DNA of 64,000 bases. It comes from a virus. Taxonomy: Duplodnaviria; Heunggongvirae; Uroviricota; Caudoviricetes. Positions 59,949-64,000 of the stretch are shown in pieces (positions within the stretch are counted from its first letter, which is position 1; every line of letters starts with the position of its first letter). Both the position numbers and the translations under genes were made by a program. The stretch covers positions 104,100 through 168,099 of the IMG/VR virus record IMGVR_UViG_3300035212_002004, one strand, 5' to 3'. The notes beneath the pieces are model-generated. The model made no database searches and was not told where the DNA came from. It saw nothing but the letters and a program-made list of their open reading frames with translations.

Positions 59949-60314
59949 CTAATCTAAGCCTAACTTTTTTCTCCTCCAATCAGTCTTTACTCCTGTTGCA
60001 AACATTGCATCAATTCTAGGTTTTGATTTACTCCAGGCCGGAATTGCTCCTACATACTCTATAGTATATGGGAAAACTAATCGAATTATTTGAGGAGACC
60101 TTTCAATACTCTTCTTTACATTTGCTGAGTAGTTAGGATCTATTCTATGGGAGTACTCTGAGTGATATACTGAAAATTGATTTCCTAATTTATCTAAATA
60201 CTCTGCTGTGAGTTGGTCATTTAATATACCATCATTCTCTGATAAAAATATTCTTATTACTATTAAAAATATAAGTAATAATACTGCTAAAATTATTGTT
60301 AAAAATATAATCAT
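59949..60314 (-). CDS. membrane protein (N-terminal TM), possible NfeD-like partner of SPFH protein
   Basis: Strongly hydrophobic first 25 residues. Operonic with the SPFH gene. NfeD assignment is speculative. Confidence 0.4.
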   Translation of the reverse strand: MIIFLTIILAVLLLIFLIVIRIFLSENDGILNDQLTAEYLDKLGNQFSVYHSEYSHRIDPNYSANVKKSIERSPQIIRLVFPYTIEYVGAIPAWSKSKPRIDAMFATGVKTDWRRKKLGLD

Positions 60315-60598
60315 AATTCTTCTTGTTTATCTTGTTTAATTTTTTTCTCTCTGTTCTCTTGAACCAGCTTTGATACATTTTGTGCAAAGTTGTGTGCACA
60401 TAGAAAAATTGTTCCTATTATAAAAATTGTTAGCAATACTCCAGTTGTGAATGAAACACTACTTGGTTGATTCATTAAATGTGTTCCCACATCTATTAAT
60501 TGGAAAGATACAATCCATCCTATAAAATACCCAATTGCCTTTAAAATTGTTCTTGTCTTCATCTTATTTACTATTTGATGTTTTAAATAATATTCCAA
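60311..60598 (-). CDS. small integral membrane protein (two TM segments)
   Basis: 95-aa ORF, ATGA overlap with 59949..60314. Confidence 0.45.
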   Translation of the reverse strand: MEYYLKHQIVNKMKTRTILKAIGYFIGWIVSFQLIDVGTHLMNQPSSVSFTTGVLLTIFIIGTIFLCAHNFAQNVSKLVQENREKKIKQDKQEEL

Positions 60599-60778
60599 AT
60601 AAGAGATTGATTCCTAATGCTTGCCAAAACCCTATTAGGTGTACTCCATCCACGGCTTTAACTAAAGCGTTGTTCCAAAGTAATTATGTTGGTAAAGCTA
60701 ATATAATAGCTCCTACCGTAATTAATACCATTGCTGCTAATACTGCTCCTAATTTTTCCATTTTACTTGTTTTAATTA

Positions 60779-61393
60779 TTAATAAATTGTTCCTGATGAA
60801 TTTATATTTAAACTAATATCACTATCCATTGTATTGGATAATATTTTTCTAACATGCAAATCTGGATTAGTTATAACTGAATTACATCTATCAATTGCTG
60901 ATTGGGCCTTGTCTAATAATTCTTGTTTCATTTTTTGAAAACCTAATTCAAGCAATTCTGGTAACTCCAAAGCACAATCACCCCATCTAGCTATTAAGAA
61001 TCTATTTAGATTCCATGTATAGCCTTTTTCTTTATCTTGTTCTGATTTCCAATTCCAACCTATTAACATAGGATCAGGATCAACATCATTATACCAGATA
61101 TGAAAACCATCAAACATTTTATTGTCCTTAGCGAATTTGTACACTTTAAGTACCTCTAATGGTATAGTTGATTTAACATACTTGTCAGCATCTACTTTCA
61201 TAGGACAAACAGCTTTTAGTTGCTTTTCCATAGCATTGTTTAAACTAATATAAACATTTGGTACATTTTGTTCCTCAACGTTTTGAGTTGTTGCGAACCC
61301 TAATTCAAGTGCTAAGTCATTATACTCAGCTAATTGATCTTCATCTAAAATCAGAGCTTCATTTTCAGGCTCACGATAAATTTTTACTTCCAT
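60779..61393 (-). CDS. hypothetical protein
   Basis: 204-aa ORF with promoter box. Confidence 0.5.
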   Translation of the reverse strand: MEVKIYREPENEALILDEDQLAEYNDLALELGFATTQNVEEQNVPNVYISLNNAMEKQLKAVCPMKVDADKYVKSTIPLEVLKVYKFAKDNKMFDGFHIWYNDVDPDPMLIGWNWKSEQDKEKGYTWNLNRFLIARWGDCALELPELLELGFQKMKQELLDKAQSAIDRCNSVITNPDLHVRKILSNTMDSDISLNINSSGTIY

Positions 61394-61434
61394 AACATTT
61401 ACTATTTTTAATTAATAATACTTAAATATACGAA

Positions 61435-61704
61435 TTAATCTCCAGGTCTCCTAATACTTTTAAAATTAAAACTCGCAATTTTATCTAATTCAACTAATGA
61501 GATATCTGCTTTTTTATTAGTTCCATAATGATAAACATTACCCTCATATAGATCCCCATTTAATCGTCTTTTACCATTAAATGAACGAAACTCACGTGAC
61601 GTTACACGGTACCAATTATTCAAATTAGGCATATAAATTTCCAAATTAGAGGCAGTATTAAAATCATATTTGATTTTCTCGGTATTACCTGTTTTCTCTG
61701 CCAT
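61435..61704 (-). CDS. hypothetical protein
   Basis: 89-aa ORF. Confidence 0.45.
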   Translation of the reverse strand: MAEKTGNTEKIKYDFNTASNLEIYMPNLNNWYRVTSREFRSFNGKRRLNGDLYEGNVYHYGTNKKADISLVELDKIASFNFKSIRRPGD

Positions 61705-62002
61705 TTTTACGTTTTTCGAATGCTAATTCTTCCTTAAGTAACCTAATTTCCTCCAATAATTTAGCTATTACTAAATCCTTTTGCCCTAATAATTTATATA
61801 TCAGTTCCATCTTTATCTTCTATTACTAAATACCTCATTGTTTCAGTTTGTTTTAGAGTACCAATTTTTTCAAGTTCTAATACTTCTCTATGATGGCCAT
61901 TCATCATTAATGCTAAGGTACATTCCATATATATTACTTTCATAACCTTTAATTTTATACTTAAATATACGAAAGGCTCCTTACGGAACCTAACTTATTT
62001 AA

Positions 62003-62254
62003 TTATCCTATAAATGCCCTTAATTGTTCGACACTCATAACTCCAGTTTGTTTTCGAACGGAACCGTTTTCATCTATCACTACTGTGGTTGGAACGTTTC
62101 TAATCCCATGTTCCAATACTCTTGGATCACCTGAATCAACATCTATTGATTGAAAATTAACTCCTCCAATTTCACTTTGCGCTTGAGCGAATTTAGGTGC
62201 ATACACCTTACATGGTTGACACCAGCTTGCAGAATACTTAATTACTGTCTTCAT
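62003..62254 (-). CDS. thioredoxin
   Basis: WCQPCK active-site motif (WCxPC). 83 aa. Confidence 0.75.
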   Translation of the reverse strand: MKTVIKYSASWCQPCKVYAPKFAQAQSEIGGVNFQSIDVDSGDPRVLEHGIRNVPTTVVIDENGSVRKQTGVMSVEQLRAFIG

Positions 62255-62260
62255 ATTTAT

Positions 62261-62827
62261 TTAATTTTTAAATTTCCATTTATAACCGTAAGCGGTTTTT
62301 TGTTCTCCTCGACAACATGCCCCTACTCCATCACTATTAGGTTTATTAAAATAAAGTTGGGCTTGTGTTTGTGACTCCCATTCTTTAATAAAATTACCTT
62401 CTAAATCTAATTGAATTACTCGAATTAAAGTCCAAGTATTTTTTCTTTCTTTAAGATGACCCCGTTTGGCTTTAATTTTAGCTTTATGCTCATCACTAAA
62501 TGGTTTACCCTTATGAGATTTAGATAACCCTTTACTTGATAGAGAGATTTTCTCCCCACGTTCTGGTCCAAAATTACATTTAGTAGAACCACCACCACCA
62601 TCATTCTTATTTACTAAGTTAAATCCCCAGGTTCTGATTTGTGATATCCAATACCTTTCCCAAAATTCCCATTTGGTTGTATCAACTATATCTAATATTT
62701 CTATTTTAGTATTACAACCAAACTTTTTTCTATGTGCTCCTATTCTACCTTTAATTTGAACTGTTTTACCTATATAAAATGGAATGTCATTTCCATTATG
62801 TAAATAATATATTATTGTTTGTTCCAT
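62261..62827 (-). CDS. GIY-YIG homing endonuclease (Seg-like) with NUMOD3 repeats
   Basis: IIYYLHNGNDIPFYIGKT (GIY-x10-YIG). KGKPFSDEHKAKIKAKRG NUMOD3-like. C-terminal AYGYKWKF. Confidence 0.75.
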   Translation of the reverse strand: MEQTIIYYLHNGNDIPFYIGKTVQIKGRIGAHRKKFGCNTKIEILDIVDTTKWEFWERYWISQIRTWGFNLVNKNDGGGGSTKCNFGPERGEKISLSSKGLSKSHKGKPFSDEHKAKIKAKRGHLKERKNTWTLIRVIQLDLEGNFIKEWESQTQAQLYFNKPNSDGVGACCRGEQKTAYGYKWKFKN

Positions 62828-62860
62828 AAATATAAATATACAAGGAACACACCAAGCCCA

Positions 62861-63061
62861 TTAAGGGGTTTCTTTTAATTTGACTACAAATGAGTTAAAC
62901 TCAATTGCAATGAATGTTTTCTCACTTAACGATAAATGGAACACTTTGAACGTGTCGTTCTGCATCATATCTATATATTCCTTTGAAATATTAGTGTCTG
63001 TACCACTTCCATCTCTATTGATTCGGCTTATGAATATTAATTCTTTACCTTTCTTTTCCAT
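62861..63061 (-). CDS. hypothetical protein
   Basis: 66-aa ORF. Confidence 0.4.
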   Translation of the reverse strand: MEKKGKELIFISRINRDGSGTDTNISKEYIDMMQNDTFKVFHLSLSEKTFIAIEFNSFVVKLKETP

Positions 63062-63360
63062 TATTGTTCTTCATTTGATGGAATTTGACCCATTTCTAAA
63101 CCATCGATTTGTTGTTCCTCATATTGAGCCATCGGTACTTCCATTATTTCTTCTTCTATTTCTTCAAATTCATGTTCGGGTAAGGTTTCAACAAACAAAT
63201 ACATCTCGTTGTGTTTTAACACATGATCACATCCTAACCACTCTTTCCATGCCTTCATTTTATCATTGTTAAATACACCTTTTTTATCGTGAAATTGATG
63301 TAATGGCATTACCCTATTAACTAAATATAATAAATCACCATGTTTAAATAGCTGTTTCAT
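63061..63360 (-). CDS. hypothetical acidic protein
   Basis: 99-aa ORF. Confidence 0.45.
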   Translation of the reverse strand: MKQLFKHGDLLYLVNRVMPLHQFHDKKGVFNNDKMKAWKEWLGCDHVLKHNEMYLFVETLPEHEFEEIEEEIMEVPMAQYEEQQIDGLEMGQIPSNEEQ

Positions 63361-63406
63361 AAATTATTGTATATACGGATAGAAGTATGAAGGATAGGGT
63401 GAGAAT

Positions 63407-63613
63407 TTATTCTATTACTTGTAATATTTTAGTGTCTTTAACACTTTTTACTTGAAAGTCTGTTGACATGCCTTCATCTTCAAACATTTTAGTAACTTTT
63501 ACTTCAGCATCTGTAACACTCACTGCGTCTACTAGATACTGTTCTCTCATTTTGGTTTGTTTACCTTTATCGTTCATATCAACGATTTCTACATTTGCTA
63601 AAAAATAACTCAT
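63407..63613 (-). CDS. hypothetical protein
   Basis: 68-aa ORF. Confidence 0.45.
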   Translation of the reverse strand: MSYFLANVEIVDMNDKGKQTKMREQYLVDAVSVTDAEVKVTKMFEDEGMSTDFQVKSVKDTKILQVIE

Positions 63614-63615
63614 TT

Positions 63616-63930
63616 TTATTTGGTTTTAATTGTTTCTAATAATGTATGCACTTTAGTGCACATTTCATAATCCTCTATTATTTCAAAATAAACTAACCCT
63701 AACTGTAATGCTTGTTCCCATTCATTGGGTTGAACAGTTAATATCACTTCATCTAATTCGGGGTCATTTGTTAATTCAATGATAAATAAATCTACTAATG
63801 AAAATGTTTTACTTTTTTTCCATTCTTGATTTAACATTTTATAAGTCTGGATATGGATTATTCCTGGGTTACGCTCTGTGAACCTGATTAAATCATCTAA
63901 ATCTTTTAAGGACATTGTTTTGGCTTTCAT
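63616..63930 (-). CDS. hypothetical protein
   Basis: 104-aa ORF. Alternative start at 63915. Confidence 0.45.
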   Translation of the reverse strand: MKAKTMSLKDLDDLIRFTERNPGIIHIQTYKMLNQEWKKSKTFSLVDLFIIELTNDPELDEVILTVQPNEWEQALQLGLVYFEIIEDYEMCTKVHTLLETIKTK

Positions 63931-64000
63931 TATTTGATTTTAAGGGTTCGTTTTTTTCTTACTTTAGGTCTATCTTCAGGAAAGTTATTATACCATATCT
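63929..64000 (-). CDS. 3' end of a further minus-strand gene (partial; 5' part beyond window end)
   Basis: Open frame on the minus strand ending in TAA that overlaps the ATG at 63930 (TAATG). Confidence 0.3.

Noticed and set aside
7563-62374. All plus-strand ORFs in the six-frame track (7563-7760, 9589-9816, 17609-17860, 18429-18614, 19358-19621, 22111-22335, 26331-26549, 37189-37380, 40547-40732, 45574-45870, 45996-46214, 47657-47848, 49017-49229, 50629-50829, 54335-54526, 58313-58540, 59335-59667, 60535-60816, 62150-62374, 62880-63272)
   Set aside because: Each lies antisense within a longer, better-supported minus-strand gene. They have low-complexity or hydrophobic junk translations and no promoter box or plausible start context. 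Treated as spurious.
1-64000. CRISPR arrays, rRNA genes, integrase/att sites, IS elements
   Set aside because: No regularly spaced direct repeats with unique spacers and no long GC-neutral structured RNA stretches. No tyrosine/serine recombinase motifs or transposase-like ORFs were seen. The repeats present are the promoter/hairpin cassettes described above.

Overview
This is an AT-rich window (roughly 30% GC by eye). Every credible gene lies on the minus strand, so transcription runs from high to low coordinates. I read it as a segment of a large tailed dsDNA phage genome. The support is a T4-gp17-like large terminase (N-terminal part, running off the window start), a gp25-like plus Baseplate-J-like baseplate module, Ser/Thr/Asn-rich tail-fibre proteins, a DnaG-type primase and an ATP-dependent DNA ligase.

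The window splits into three parts:
- 1-21 kb: packaging, replication, nucleotide-metabolism and accessory genes (GIY-YIG HEG, MoxR AAA+/VWA module, FAD oxidoreductase, DexA-like exonuclease, NT5C-like nucleotidase, PD-(D/E)xK nuclease, primase).
- 21-41.5 kb: virion module (fibres, a 1870-aa giant protein, baseplate), preceded by a candidate phage-encoded sigma factor.
- 41.5-64 kb: a hyperplastic region packed with very small genes (many under 60 aa and missed by the ORF track). Almost every one is preceded by the same promoter-like box (minus strand TTCGTATATTTAAGTATAAT) and separated by GC-rich stem-loops. It also holds tRNA-like genes, a thioredoxin, a glutaredoxin, an HD hydrolase, a DNA ligase, an SPFH lipoprotein, an AT-hook protein and further homing endonucleases.

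There is no CRISPR array, rRNA, integrase or attachment site. All functional calls rest on motifs read by eye; none is database-verified.
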